In this document: positions 1 through 12,373 of the stretch, piece by piece
How the letters are laid out: each line of letters starts with the position of its first letter
Position numbering within the stretch: position 1 is the stretch's first letter
Notes under the pieces: model-generated
Database searches by the model: none
Seen by the model: only the letters and a program-made list of their open reading frames with translations
What the model was told of the DNA's origin: nothing
Program-made: the position numbers and the translations under genes
Assembly (NCBI GenBank): GCA_964016885.1
Contig: OZ024756.1
Coordinates: forward strand, 8,556,001-8,620,000
DNA: 64,000 bases
Direction of reading: 5' to 3'
Source of the DNA: Eledone cirrhosa
Taxonomy: Eukaryota

Positions 1-63
1 ATGAGAGGAAAGATTTAATAATGTCTTCCTTGTGAAACTTGTGGTCTTGTTTTGCTTAACTAA

Positions 64-123
<60 letters not shown>

Positions 124-584
124 GTCCCACCCTTGCAAGCAGGGAAAAGCGGAAGTAAAATGATGATGATGATGATATGTGGCATATTGGCAGAGTCGTT
201 CAAACCTCGAATAGAATGCTTTATGGTATTTACTTCTGCTCTCCGAGTTCAAAACCTGTTGAGGTCCACTTTCATCCTTTCAAGGGTGATAAAAAAAATA
301 CCAATCTACTGGGGTCAATTCTTCCGCCTCCTAGTAGAAATCTGATGTACTCAGGCTTGGAGAGGGATGGGCTTTGTCTGGCTTAATATGCCCAAGAAAT
401 GCCATACAACTTTACGACTCAGGAGTTATGGGATCATATATGTATGTGTGTCTATATATACACACACATATATACAAATAAGTGTTAGATCATGTACAAT
501 ATGTATGTTCAGCTATCTCTCGAGTTTTCTTTACAATTAAGTTGTCCTCCTCGAGCCTGCAAATTTTGAACTGGACATCAACAT

Positions 585-1107
585 AGCATGTTGCTACTTA
601 AAGCTGGGGTATTGACCACATGGCGGGCTGGGAGCCTGTATCTCTTGGAGTGGTCATCTGTCAGCCATGTTGCTACTAAAAGCTGAGGTATTGACCACAT
701 GGCGGGCTGGGAGCCTGTATCTCTTGGAGTGGTCATCAGTCAGCCATGTTGCTACTTAAAGCTGAAGTATTGACCACATGGCGGGCTGGGAGCCTGTATC
801 TCTTGGAGTGGTCATCAGTCAGCCATGTTGCTACTTAAAGCTGAAGTATTGACCACATGGCGGGCTGGGAGCCTATATCTCTTGGAGTGGTCATCAGTCA
901 GCCATGGCTACTAAAAGCTGAGGTATTCACCCGACTGGGCTGGGAGCCTGTATCTCTTGGAGTGGTCATCAGTCAGCCATGGCTACTAAAAGCTGAGGTA
1001 TTCACCCGACTGGGCTGGGAGCCTGTATCTCTTGGAGTGGTCATCAGTCAGCCATGTTGCTACTAAAAGCTGAGGTATTCACCCGACTGGGCTGGGAGCC
1101 TGTATCT
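585..1107. repeat. Tandem minisatellite, 79-bp unit, about 6.5 copies
   Basis: Motif gggctgggagcctgtatctcttggagtggtcatc recurs at 79-bp spacing; the last copies share a variant (ttcacccgactgg). Confidence 0.95.
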
Positions 1108-1650
1108 TGCTTACATACATTTTTGCAACCCTACTGAGTGCACAGACAGACCAACAGTCCACAACTCTCTTAGATATAACCCTGTGCAGTACCAAGTGCA
1201 TTCTATCGTGACACCAGCATCAGAATGGCTGTTATGAATTAGCAAAGCAAAGAGTAAAAGAAAATGGTATGTTTGGCAATGAACTGAAAGTTTTTTGTTG
1301 GGATGCTGTCATTGATGCCATTGTGGCCAGCAGCACTAGTTCTGACATGTCACTGTTGTATTGGATGATGTTCCCTGCAAAATACAGCATGGTCATAATG
1401 CATTGTGTAATGGTTTGGATGTTTGGTGTACGATGTTGTTGGTTCCTGTGTTGTGTCCTTGAGCAAAACACTTTATTTCATGTTGTTCCAGTACCCTCAA
1501 CTGAGATGAGAACCAGTGAGTTATGTACTGTCACTTTGTGTCGAGGAAACTGGAGATAAGCCTTTGGCTTAGAACAGCTTTTATTATAGGAATACATTTG
1601 ATCAGATCTAACATGAGGCTAAACTACATCAATACAATAGATTGAGTCTA

Positions 1651-2075
1651 TGCCTGCTTAGGTTGGACAGGTCCTTCTCGGCATCTCTCCACTTGCCTGC
1701 ATGGGTTGGACAGGTCCTTCTCAGCACAGCATCTCTCCACTTGCCTACATATGTTGGACAGGTCCTTCTCAGCACAGCATCTCTCCACTTGCCTGCATGG
1801 GTTGGACAGGTCCTTCTCATCACAGCACCTCTCCACTTGCCTGCATAGGTTGGACAGGTCCTTCTCATCACAGCACCTCTCCACTTGCCTCCATGGGTTT
1901 GACAGGTCCTTCTCATCACAGCACCTCTCCACTTGCCTGCATGGGTTGGACAGGTCCTTCTCATCACAGCAGCTCTCCACTTGCCTGCATGGGTTGGACA
2001 GGTCCTTCTCATCACAGCAGCTCTCCACTTGCCTGCATGGGTTGGACAGGTCCTTCTCAGCACAGCACCTCTCTA
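1651..2075. repeat. Tandem minisatellite, 60-bp unit, about 7 copies, at the 3' end of a minus-strand RTE LINE fragment
   Basis: Unit ctctccacttgcctgcatgggttggacaggtccttctcatcacagcac repeats at 60-bp spacing and joins RTE-like sequence at about 2080. Confidence 0.9.
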
Positions 2076-2350
2076 CCTCTGCCCAAGTCTTTCTTAGTTT
2101 ACTGAGGATTACTTCCACTGGGACTTCTTGGCACTTCTTCATCCATGTACATCACATATCTGTACCAATGCAGTTATTTCTCTTGCACAGCACCTCAGAT
2201 TCCTCTTAAACCCAGTTTCTCCCTCAGTTCATCCAAGCTCTACCTTTCTCTCTTACATTGCACACCCAATGAAGCATGGTTGCTTTATTTCTATGTATGT
2301 CCTCTGCAGTCACTGGCCATGTTTCTCTACCATGCAACTTTATCGTTGTA
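2076..2350 (-). mobile_element. RTE-clade LINE 3' fragment
   Basis: Reverse complement resembles the RTE C-terminal region (LHWYRYVM / RKTW motifs) seen on + at 3480-3740 and 7560-7860. Confidence 0.7.
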
Positions 2351-2377
2351 GCAGTTGACAATGATATTGTAATACTA

Positions 2378-4123
2378 AAATGGTGTCATACCAAATATGA
2401 TTGGCATCATTGTCAACTGCTACAAGGGTAAAGGTGATGTACTAGATAGGGGAAACTATAGAGGCATAAAGCTGATGGACCAGGTCATGAAAGTAACAGA
2501 AAGAATCATAGTACAGTTGATTAGGGACCGGGTAAATCTAGATGAGATGCAGTTCGAATTTGTGCCAGGCAAAAGCACCACTGATGCTCCCTTTCCTTGT
2601 GAGGCAGTTACAGGAAAAGTACCTAGCTAAAAGTAAGCCACTCTACCTGGCATTTTTTTTATCTGGAGAAGGCTTTTGATAGAGTGCCATGTAACATAAT
2701 CTGGTGGGCTCTTAGAAAACTAGGAGTAGATGAATGGCTTGTGACAGCTGTACAAGCCATGTATAGAGGAACAGTCAGCAAAGTTAGAATTAACAATGAC
2801 TATAGCGACGAATTTAGCGTACAGGTTGGCATCCACCAGGGCTATGTTCTTAGCCCACTCCTATTTATTATTGTGCTACAGCCTATAAGAGGAGTTTAAG
2901 ACCGGCAGCCCATGGGAACTCCTATATGCAAATGATTTTACACTCATAGCTGAATCTATGGTAGAAATAGAAGAAATTTCAAACATGGAAGCAGGGCCTA
3001 GAAACAAAGAGTCTTAAAGTCAACCTGACAAAGACTAAGGTCCTAGTAAGTAGACAGGAAAACAGAACACAGATCCCCTCAGGGAAATGGCCTTGTTCAG
3101 TATGTAGAAAAGATGTTGGTAGAAATTCCATCCTCAGCCCCGAATGCAAATAATGGGTACACAAGAGATGTAGTGGGATCTCGGGAAGTTTAGTTAAGAA
3201 GTAGGCTTTACATGTATCAGTTGCACTGGGACAGTAAGCAGGAAACAAGCACTACCAAATTCTGGGAGGGCACTGTAGAAATAGTAGACAGCTTCTGCTA
3301 CCTGGATGACCAAATTAGCAGCAGAGGTAGGTGTTCTGAAAGTACAGTAGCCAGAGTGAGAATGGGATAGAAGTTCAGGGAGCTGCTACCACTGCTATCT
3401 ACGAAAGGCAGACTGTATAATGCATGCATACGAACAAAAATGTTGTATGATAGTGAGACCTGGGCTCTGTGAGTAGAAGACTTGCGTAGATTAGAAAGAA
3501 ACGAAGCTTGCGTGCTCCGATGGTAAGTAATAGTAATATACGTGAACGGAAATGCATAAATGAACTAAGAGAGAGACTAAACATAAGAGGAATCAAATGC
3601 TGTGTGCAGGAGAGGAGATTGCATTGATATAGACATGTGATATGTATGAAGGATGACAGCTTTATAAAAAGGTGCAGAGCACTCAAAGCTTGGAGTGTGG
3701 AGTCCAAGGAAGACTTGGTACGAGGTGATAAAAGCTGACTTCGCCCAATTGCCCCTCTCAATGGCGATGACACAGGATCAAGATCCCTGGCATTGTGCAG
3801 TAATACAAAAGACCCGAATTCCCACGGGCACAGGCCGTAGCTGTAGCATATATATAGCATGCACCATCCGAACCCACCCATTCTCATACATCCAGTGAAG
3901 CCTCTTGCCCACTGTAAAATGGTCTTGATGGGGGCATGACAAAAAGCACCCAGTACTCACTGTAAATGAGGTTGGCGCTAGGAAGGGCATCCAGCTGTAG
4001 AAACCAAGCCAAAATCAGTTCTGAATGAGCAAGACATGGTCACCTGACCTGGCATTGCTCACAACAAGACAACTTGTTTAACCCATTCCTGCGTGTAAAA
4101 GTGGGTGTTAAACGGATGATGAT
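2378..4123 (+). mobile_element. Degenerate RTE-clade LINE (RT domain to 3' tail)
   Basis: Broken ORFs carry RT motifs (YKGKGDVLDRGNYRGIKL, QFEFVPGKSTTDA, VGIHQGYVLSPLLFII) with frameshifts and stops; ends in a gatgatgat tail. Confidence 0.9.
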
Positions 4124-4126
4124 ATC

Positions 4127-4465
4127 ATTTTCATCATTTCATTTTACGTCCGCTTTTCCCTGCTTGCAAGGGTGGGACGGGAACTGATTCTGGCTTGATT
4201 TCTACAGCTGGATGCCCTTCCTAACACCAACCTCATTTACAGTGAGTGCTGGGTGCTTTTTTGCCATGGCACCTCCACGACCACTTTGCAGTGGAATGAT
4301 AGAGACCCCAGTCCCTATCATCTCATTTCTACAGCTGAGTAAACTGGAGCAATGTGAAATAAAGTGTCTTGCTCAAGAAAACAACACATCACCCGGTCTG
4401 AGAATTGAACTCACAACCTTTCGATTGCAAGGCCAATACTCTAACCACTAAGCCATGTGCCTCCA
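4127..4465 (-). mobile_element. tRNA-derived SINE family A (RTE-like tail)
   Basis: Reverse complement has head ggaggcacatggcttagtggttagag (A box) and gagttcaattctc (B box), central cttgagcaagacacttt, and tail cggacgtaaaatgaaatgatg. Near-identical copies at 8.1-8.8, 61.3, 62.5 and 63.1 kb. Confidence 0.9.
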
Positions 4466-4503
4466 TATATATATATATATCTTTTTGTTGTATTATTTTT
4501 CAG

Positions 4504-4578
4504 ACAGTACTCGGAAACTGTATGAAAGAAAACTAGCTCGGCTGCGCAAAGAATTACCACCAATAAAATTATTTACTG
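4504..4578 (+). CDS. LEM-domain inner nuclear membrane protein (emerin/LAP2beta-like), exon encoding the second LEM helix
   Basis: tttttcag| acceptor and |gtaagt donor; phase 1-1; translates DSTRKLYERKLARLRKELPPIKLFT, matching the LEM motif STRxLYEKKL. Upstream exon(s) not found in the window. Confidence 0.85.
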
Positions 4579-4857
4579 GTAAGTAATTTTTGTTTTCTAT
4601 TTCTCTCTCTATATATATCCTTTCTTTCTCTTACTCTCTCTCGTCTCTCTCACCGTCCTTTCCTTTATATTTAATCTAAGTAACAATATTGGAGATACGT
4701 TGAGGTGGTGGGTGAACTTAGCTTGGTCCATTCAGGTGGTCAACAGTCTTAGCGTTATCAGTGGGTAATATCGATGTTTGAGATTTTTAGCTTGGGATTG
4801 AAAATGATTTGAAAATTCTCGGCAATTTCTTCCTTTAGAAATCATCATCATTATTTT

Positions 4858-5063
4858 ACCCTTTAAACTGGCCATATCCGGCCAGAATTCTCTCACCTCT
4901 TTCTGTTCAAACTGGCCATAACCGGCCACTCATATCGACGCTAGGGTATTGTTCTCAAAATAAATATCATCAAAATCTCATAGATTCGATATTATGCAAG
5001 ATAATTATGTGAGATAAAACTTTTACTGTGAAAATATAGAGTAATGTAAATGTTAAAGGGTTA
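4858..5063. mobile_element. piggyBac-type MITE
   Basis: Ends accctttaaact ... gttaaagggttaa; same internal sequence as copies at 11.6, 14.9, 18.7, 60.5 and 61.9 kb. Confidence 0.8.
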
Positions 5064-5874
5064 ATATCCATTTTCCATGCTTGCATGGATTAGATGGGTT
5101 GTCAAGTTATGAAACAATTCTGACCATGTCTTGCCCATGGATCTGTATTTTGGCTTGGTTTCTATAGCTGGATGCCCTTCCTAACACCAACCTTGTTACA
5201 GTGTGAATTGTGTGCTTTTTATCATGGCACTGAAACGACCACTTAATAGGGTGGACTTGGTGCTTTTTGTCATGTCACAAACGTTTGAGGACCTCTGCCT
5301 TTGAGTATAGGTATGTTCATTGAGGCTTATGGAGTTCAGCGCCTTGAGTTCCTTCAAGCCAGCATTGTTCAATTACATCACATAGCCATACTAGTGAAAT
5401 AAACTCTGCTCTATCTTTCAGTTCATATCTGTTACACAAATACTCTGTCACTCAGCTGACTTGAGATCTGCTTTTCAAGATGGTTAACATTATACATCCA
5501 CAGGACTGAGGGTGGTGGTGATGATGGAGGTGGTATAACAGGGTGGTGGGTGTGGTAGGACTGAGGGTGATGGGGGGGGGGGGGGGGTTTAGGACTGAGG
5601 GTGGGGGGGGGGTAGGACTGAGGGTGGGGGGGGGGTATGACTAAGAGCAGTGGAGGTGGTAAAACTAATGGGTTAACCCAATACCATTTGCACTATATAT
5701 ACTAATGTATTTTTCTGGTAAAGGCTTTACCTCACATAATATCGAATCTGAGATTTTGATATTGTTTATTTTGAGGACAATACCTTAACATAAGTATGAG
5801 CAGCCAGTTTCAACAGAAGGTGATAGAATTCTATCCGGTTACATCTGGTATAAAGGCTAAAGGGTTAACATTCA

Positions 5875-6252
5875 ACATGGTGGTAGATTTGGTAGAACCG
5901 AGACAGAGCCTCAGACAAAAGGTTCTTTGTAGCTTTCTACATTCTGAGTTCAAATCCCACCAAAGTCAACTTTACCTTTCAGCCTTTCAGGAGTTGATAA
6001 AATAAAGTACCAGTCAAATACTCGGGTTGATATATTTGACATTTCTGAAATTACTGGTTTTGTGCCAAAAAATAATTGTTTCTACTTTTGGCACAAGGCC
6101 AGCAATTATCCCAGTGTATTACTGGTACTTTATTTTATCGACTCCGTAAGGATGAAAGGCAAAGTCAACCTCAGCGGGATTTGAACTCAGATCGTAAAGG
6201 GACGTAACTATGCTGGAAAGCATGGCGTCCGACACTCTACCGATACTGCCAA
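5875..6252. mobile_element. Two tail-to-tail copies of SINE family B (Nin-domain-like core)
   Basis: Core ctgagttcaaatccc...ctttc(atc)ct...gataaaataa(a)gtaccag on + (5875-6075) and on - (6074-6252). Confidence 0.8.
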
Positions 6253-6328
6253 TATAAAATAATGGTAGACAGAATTGTTTGGGTGTAGAATTATTTTACT
6301 GGAAAGAAACATTGTTTTTTTTTTCCAG

Positions 6329-6395
6329 AAGAAGAAGAAGAGGAGGAGGAGGAGCAGTATGCGGAGGAGGAGCAAGTAGAATTACACACAAAAAG
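6329..6395 (+). CDS. LEM-domain gene, acidic exon
   Basis: Poly-T tract ttttccag| acceptor, aag|gtagga donor; phase 1 to 2 links the flanking exons; EEEEEEEEEQYAEEEQVELHTK. Confidence 0.75.
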
Positions 6396-6629
6396 GTAGG
6401 AACTATATTTTTCTCTTCTGCAACTAAAAAAATTTTTAAAAGCTGTTGTGTTTTCCATTTGAGATAGGTTTATATATATAGAATATTTTAGTATCGTGAG
6501 AGAATAGTGGTTTAAAGGGATAAACGATACATGTAGTTAATTGCCAAAAGCTGGTGCATTTGTGTTCAATACTTGTGCCTACAGGGTTAAATATCGGAAG
6601 CGTTAATATTTAGTGGGGGAGAAGATAAG

Positions 6630-7465
6630 CAGTGCGGTTACAAATGAATTACAAAGGAGAATACATACTGTTAGAACATGTTTATATAAAAGCACCTACG
6701 TATGTTTCGCCCGAAAAGGGCTTCTCAAGGGCATACAAATCTAGAGTGTTCAGTACAGAACCCAGATGGGGTTTTAAGATAATCATATCGAAGTTCATGT
6801 TTGATTCAAACAGACATGGTTGTTTGCATCACAGAGCAAGAGGGGGTAACTCTGACCGGTGTTTGAATACCTTCTCCTTAAATGACTTATCCGTTCACAT
6901 GATGATTGTTTTCACTACTATTTTATGGGTGCCACTTTACTACTGCCTAGTCAGGCCAGATCTATGAGGCATAGTTGGTGTACAGATGTTTAGTTATGCA
7001 CCCTCCTCTCCGACGTGTTATGGTTTTGTGCAGGGGGACCCGGTTTATGGTGTTCAGGTATCAACCGGGGTCCAACCATAGAATGACTGCTGTATTCTGT
7101 GTCTGCAGTTTATCAGATTCTGCTCTGCTGTTGATGAGCTCTAGGGATGCTCTTACGATATGGTAAAGCTCCATGAGGCAGAGCTGGCACTTCCTCTTGA
7201 AGTTGTAAGGTGTTGGCCCTGCTGACAATTTCCCAGTGTGTGGAGAAGCTGATGTTGGAGTCGTTCAATGTTGTGATGTGGAGTACCTTAGCTTCCTGTT
7301 TCTAAAAGAGTGGAGATGTGTTCGAAATCTAGTTTTGAACGAGCCAGAGGTGGCCCATCTATAATGTTTGACACTATTATGGCTAGTTACAGTGCACCTA
7401 TAAATAACATTGCCTGTCGAGCAACTTCCCCTGAGCGGACAGCTTCCCTGGTCTTGACAGTTGCA
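6630..7465 (-). mobile_element. Penelope-like element 3' remnant (endonuclease C-terminus plus terminal repeat with a variant hammerhead)
   Basis: Minus strand gives PYNFKRKCQLCLMELYHIVRASLELINSRAE (CxLCxxE...LNxRxE pattern of PLE endonucleases); hammerhead-like motif at about 6690-6733. Confidence 0.7.
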
Positions 7466-7469
7466 GTCT

Positions 7470-7960
7470 TGGCCGCGGTTGCTACAAAAGGCTTTTCCCT
7501 CAAAATGAAAGGCAGACTGTATGATGCGTGTATACGAACAGCAATATTACATATGGTAGTGATACCTGGGCACTGTCTGTGGAAAACTTGCGTAGATTAG
7601 AAAGAAAAGAAGCCTGCATGCTCCGATGGATGTGTAATAGTAATATACGCGAACGACAAAGCATAAATGAATTGAGAGAGAGACTGAGCATAAGAGGAAT
7701 CAAATGCTGTGTGCAGGAGAGGCGGTTGCGTTGGTATGGACTTGTGATGAGTATGAAGGATGACAGCTGCATAAAAAGGTACAGAGCACTAGAAGTCGAT
7801 GGGTACCGCGGAGTGGGGAGACCCAAGAAGACCTGGGATGAGGTGATAAAAGCTGACCTTACCCAATTACACCTCTCAAAGGCGATGACACACGACCGTA
7901 ACCTCTAGCGTCGCGCAGTAATATATAATACCCGAAACCCCCCACTGGTACGAGCTGAAG
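7470..7960 (+). mobile_element. RTE-clade LINE 3' fragment
   Basis: YGSDTWAL...MLRWMC...RRLRWYGLVM...GRPKKTWDEVIKADL. Confidence 0.9.
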
Positions 7961-8135
7961 CATATAGACAATATGCCCCCACACCCTCCCACTGCAAAGT
8001 GGTTGTGGAGGTGCCACAGCAAAAAAGCACCCAGCCACACTGTAAAGTGGACGTGTAGGCGCCACAGAAAAAAAAGCACTCAGCACTCACTGTAAATGAG
8101 GTTGGTGTTAGTAAGGGCATATATATATATATAAT

Positions 8136-8757
8136 AAAGGTTGTGAGTTCAATTCTCAGACCGGGTGATGTGTTGTTTCCTTGAGCAAGACACTTTATTT
8201 CACATTGCTCCAGTTTACTCAGCTGTAGAAATGAGATGATAGGACTGGGGTCCCTATCATTCCACTGCAAAGTGGTCGTGGAGGTGCAAAAAGCACCCAG
8301 CACTCACTGTAAATGAGGTTGGTGTTAGGAAGGGCATCCAGCTGTAGAAATCAAGCCAGAATCAGTTCCCGTCCCACCCTTGCAAGCAGGGAAAAAGCGG
8401 ACGTAAAATGAAAATGAATATATCATCATCATCATCATTTTTACGTCCGCTTCTCCCTGCTTGCAAGGGTGGGACGGGAACTGATTCTGGCTTGATTTCT
8501 ACAGCTGGATGCCCTTCCTAACACCAACCTCATTTACAGTGAGTGCTGGGTGCTATTTTCCGTGGCACCTACACGACCACTTTGCAGTGGAATGATAGGG
8601 ACCCCAACCCCTATCATCTCATTTCTACAGAGTAAACTGGAGCAATGTGAAATAAAGTGTCTTGCTCAAGGAAACAACACATCACCCGGTCTGAGAATTG
8701 AACTCACAACCTTTCGATTGCAAGGCCAGTGCTCTAACCACTAAGCCATGTGCCTCT
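8136..8757. mobile_element. Inverted (tail-to-tail) pair of SINE family A
   Basis: + copy 8136-8420 followed by - copy 8425-8757; near-identical sequences. Confidence 0.9.
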
Positions 8758-8917
8758 ATATATTTATTTATATATATATATATATATTATATTATATATA
8801 TATATATTATATTATATATATATATTATATTATATATATATATATTATATTATATATAATATATATATATATTATATTATATATAATATATATATATATT
8901 ATATATATCTATCTATC

Positions 8918-9390
8918 TAAGGCGGGTAAAATTCCCGAGATCCATGGACGAGTTCTCTCCAGCGGTCTCTGTCCCTCATTATCACTGCCATGTCCTGCGT
9001 CTCCAACAGACCAGTGTCTGTCCTTAGGGCATCAACATATGTTAACCTTGGTCTTCCTCTTCCAGTGTGTCCATGTAGGGGCTCCCAAAGGAGCACTGAG
9101 TGCAATGTCAACTCTGGATGTCGGTGAGCATGTCCAGCCAACCTCAGTCTCCTCTGTGTCACTTTTGAGCTGACTTTTGGGAGGCTCCCATACAGCTCTG
9201 AGTTTTTCATCCTCAGTGTATACTGATTAATGTTCAGAGCCATCCTCAGCATTCTCGTGTAGCACCCATCCACCATCTGAGTGAGTCTCTTGGTCAGTGT
9301 CCAAGTCTCAGACCCATACAGCAGCACAGACTCCACTACAGCAATGAAGAGGCGGATTTTCAGGTCTCTACGAAGGTCCGACTTCCACAC
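8918..9390 (-). mobile_element. RTE-group LINE 3' fragment flanked by (TA)n
   Basis: Open ORF WKSDLRRDLKIRLF...VLLYGSETWTLT...RRLRLAGH...GRGRPRLTY...REFYPP; sister copy at 48662-49203. Confidence 0.9.
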
Positions 9391-9497
9391 ATATATATAT
9401 ATTATATATAATATATATATTATAAATATAATATATATATATATTATATATATATATATATATATATTATAAATATTATATATATATATATATTATA

Positions 9498-9536
<39 letters not shown>

Positions 9537-9915
9537 TATATATATATATATATATAATATATCATCATCATTTCATCATCATTTCATTTCACGTCCGCTT
9601 TTTCCCTGCTTGCAAGGGTGGGACGGGAACTGATTCTGGCTTGATTGCAATTGAATGGCTAGGATGATTCACAGAGCCAGTATCTTAAGTAAATATTAAG
9701 ATATGTTTTTAGTTTCAATTGTGAGTACAATTGGGTAGCCTTGTTGTAACTATGTAATCTTGCTAGCAACAAACACTTAATGAAAAGCAGTATTTGCTTT
9801 TTTTTTTTTTTTTTGTTCAGAGACCAAACATAAATTACATATAGTTTGTATGTGAATATATATAACAGTAAAGTTATCAAATTTTATAAAAATGTTATAT
9901 TTTCTTTCTTCAAAG

Positions 9916-9981
9916 TGATACTATTCCCTTCGAAAGTTCTACTGAATTCTCACCTTACAGTACCCAATATACACCGAATTA
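9916..9981 (+). CDS. LEM-domain gene, internal exon
   Basis: tttctttcttcaaag| acceptor, |gtaagt donor; phase 2-2; DTIPFESSTEFSPYSTQYTPN. Confidence 0.7.
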
Positions 9982-10092
9982 GTAAGTACTTTTTCATTTC
10001 ATCCACCCCCTTTTCTCTCTTATTTTAACTTGTCTCTTTTTCCTTTTATTTTCTCCTGTTTTTTTTCTTTCCTTTTAGAATGATTTTAATTT

Positions 10093-10950
10093 TCCTTTAA
10101 ATCTTTCCTTCTCTTTATCTTCTTCATTCACCTTTAAATCTTTCCTTCTCTTTATCTTCTTCATTCACCTTTAAATCTTTCCTTCTCTTTATCTTCTTCA
10201 TTCACCTTTAAATCTTTCCTTCTCTTTATCTTCTTCATTCACCTTTAAATCTTTCCTTCTCTTTATCTTCATTCACCTTTAAATCTTTCCTTCTCTTTAT
10301 CTTTTTCATTCACCTTTAAATCTTTCCTTCTCTTTATCTTCTTCATTCACCTTTAAATCTTTCCTTCTCCTTTTCTTCATTCACCTTTAAATCTTTCCTT
10401 CTCTTTATCTTCTTCATTCACCTTTAAATCTTTCCTTCTCTTTATCTTCTTCATTCACCTTTAAATCTTTCCTTCTCCTTTTCTTCATTCACCTTTAAAT
10501 CTTTCCTTCCCTTTATCTTCTTCATTCACCTTTAAATCTTTCCTTCCCTTTATCTTCTTCATTCACCTTTAAATCTTTCCTTCTCTTTATCTTCTTCATT
10601 CACCTTTAAATCTTTCCTTCTCTTTATCTTCTTCATTCACCTTTAAATCTTTCCTTCTCTTTATCTTCTTCATTCACCTTTAAATCTTTCCTTCTCCTTT
10701 TCTTCATTCACCTTTAAATCTTTCCTTCCCTTTATCTTCTTCATTCACCTTTAAATCTTTGCTTCCCTTTATCTTCTTCATTCACCTTTAAATCTTTCCT
10801 TCTCTTTATCTTCTTCATTCACCTTTAAATCTTTCCTTCTCTTTATCTTCTTCATTCACCTTTAAATCTTTCCTTCTCTTTATCTTCTTCATTCACATTT
10901 AAATCTTTCCTTCTCTTTATCTTCTTCATTCACCTTTAAATCTTTCCTTC
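10093..10950. repeat. Pyrimidine-rich minisatellite, 37-bp unit with shorter variants, about 24 copies
   Basis: cacctttaaatctttccttctctttatcttcttcatt repeated in tandem. Confidence 0.95.
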
Positions 10951-11256
10951 TCTCTGTCTTTATTCTCTCGGTTATTTTACTGTAAGATTGTTTCAACCAC
11001 TGATAGCGCTACCTCACTATACTAGTGTCAACACTTGGAGATTAAGTTGACCATTTGTCCTTCCAAAGTTTATAACAGCAAATACCACTCACACACTAAC
11101 AGGTGGGAGACTCTGAGCTTGGCTGGTCACGCTTGGGGATCCAGCCAGATCAGTTGGAGACAGTTGCTTCTGACAGGACCCACTGGAGGGAGTGTTTGAG
11201 GACACTGCCCCCACGACCCTTCCAGGAATAAGTGGGCGAAGAAGATATATATATAT

Positions 11257-11440
11257 ATATGAGGGTCAACTAAAGAGTTCATAGGCTGACCAAGATACTC
11301 TCATGGAATGACCAAATGAGGTTTGGAAAGAAACAATGCAGTTATTAATAAGAGAGTTGAAATTAATGTATGTAATATTTAACAGCTTTAGCATCACTCC
11401 TTCGTAATCAGCCTGTGAACTATTCAGCCGACCGTCATAT
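11257..11440. mobile_element. Tc1/mariner-type MITE
   Basis: About 33-bp imperfect TIRs (atatgagggtcaactaaagagttcataggctga / tcagcctgtgaactattcagccgaccgtcatat) in TA context. Confidence 0.7.
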
Positions 11441-11557
11441 CTACTAACTACTAAATTCAAACACTTCTTTGTGGTCACATAAAACCTTTCCACCTCACAC
11501 AATCCAACTGCCTCAGTTCTTCACCGGATAGTTTTGTATCTTCCTCAATGACTCTCT

Positions 11558-11766
11558 TTAACCCTTTACCATTTACATTACTCTGTATTTACTATTTTCA
11601 CAGTAAAAGCTTTATCTCATATAATATCGAATCTATGAGATTTTGATATTTATTTTGAGAACCAATACCTTAACATCAGTATGAATGGCCAGTTACAGCT
11701 GGTTTGAACTGAAAAAGGTGAGAGAATTCTGGCTGGATATGGCCAGTTTAAATGCTAAAGGGTTAA
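11558..11766. mobile_element. piggyBac-type MITE
   Basis: ttaaccctttaccattt ... aaatgctaaagggttaa; TTAA on both flanks. Confidence 0.85.
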
Positions 11767-12274
11767 TATCTTGATGTCTTCCGCGTTTCACATTAGTGGG
11801 CTTCCATAGTAAAACTTTTGTATCAAGTTCGTTGCCTCTCATTACATGACCTGCAAGTTGAGGACGTCTGTCATGTTTTTATCCTTCTTAGCATATATAA
11901 ATGTATGTATGTATATATATATATATATATATATATCATCATCATCGGTGGCGTGGAGAGGAGAGACTGGTATACATGGGTATACATGCTGGTCTTCACA
12001 AACAACCTTGCCTGGACCTGTGTCTCAGAGGGGAACTTTCTAGGACATTCTTGACCGAAGGGGGTCTTTACCCTTTATATATAGGAAAATAGTCAGGACC
12101 CCAACGGCTGAGCTCCGGTTTCTTAGCACACTTTCTTGGTTTTATATATGTGATTATTTTTTTTTTTTTTTTTCCTGCCAAATTGGTAAGACTTGATAAA
12201 TTTTGAGTAGATTAACACTAGAATATACAATTGTGTGTGTGTCCACTAACCTGTACCATGTGTATTTTTTGCAG

Positions 12275-12373
12275 CACATCAAGCTGTTATGTTAGCAGTA
12301 ACCCTTTCAGTAGCAACTTGAGCCGTAGACCATTAAACAGTAGACTTGAGCAAGACAAAAGCAGCTATACAAG
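12275..12373 (+). CDS. LEM-domain gene, internal exon
   Basis: ttttttgcag| acceptor, aag|gtaagc donor; 99 nt, phase 2-2; TSSCYVSSNPFSSNLSRRPLNSRLEQDKSSYT. Confidence 0.8.
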
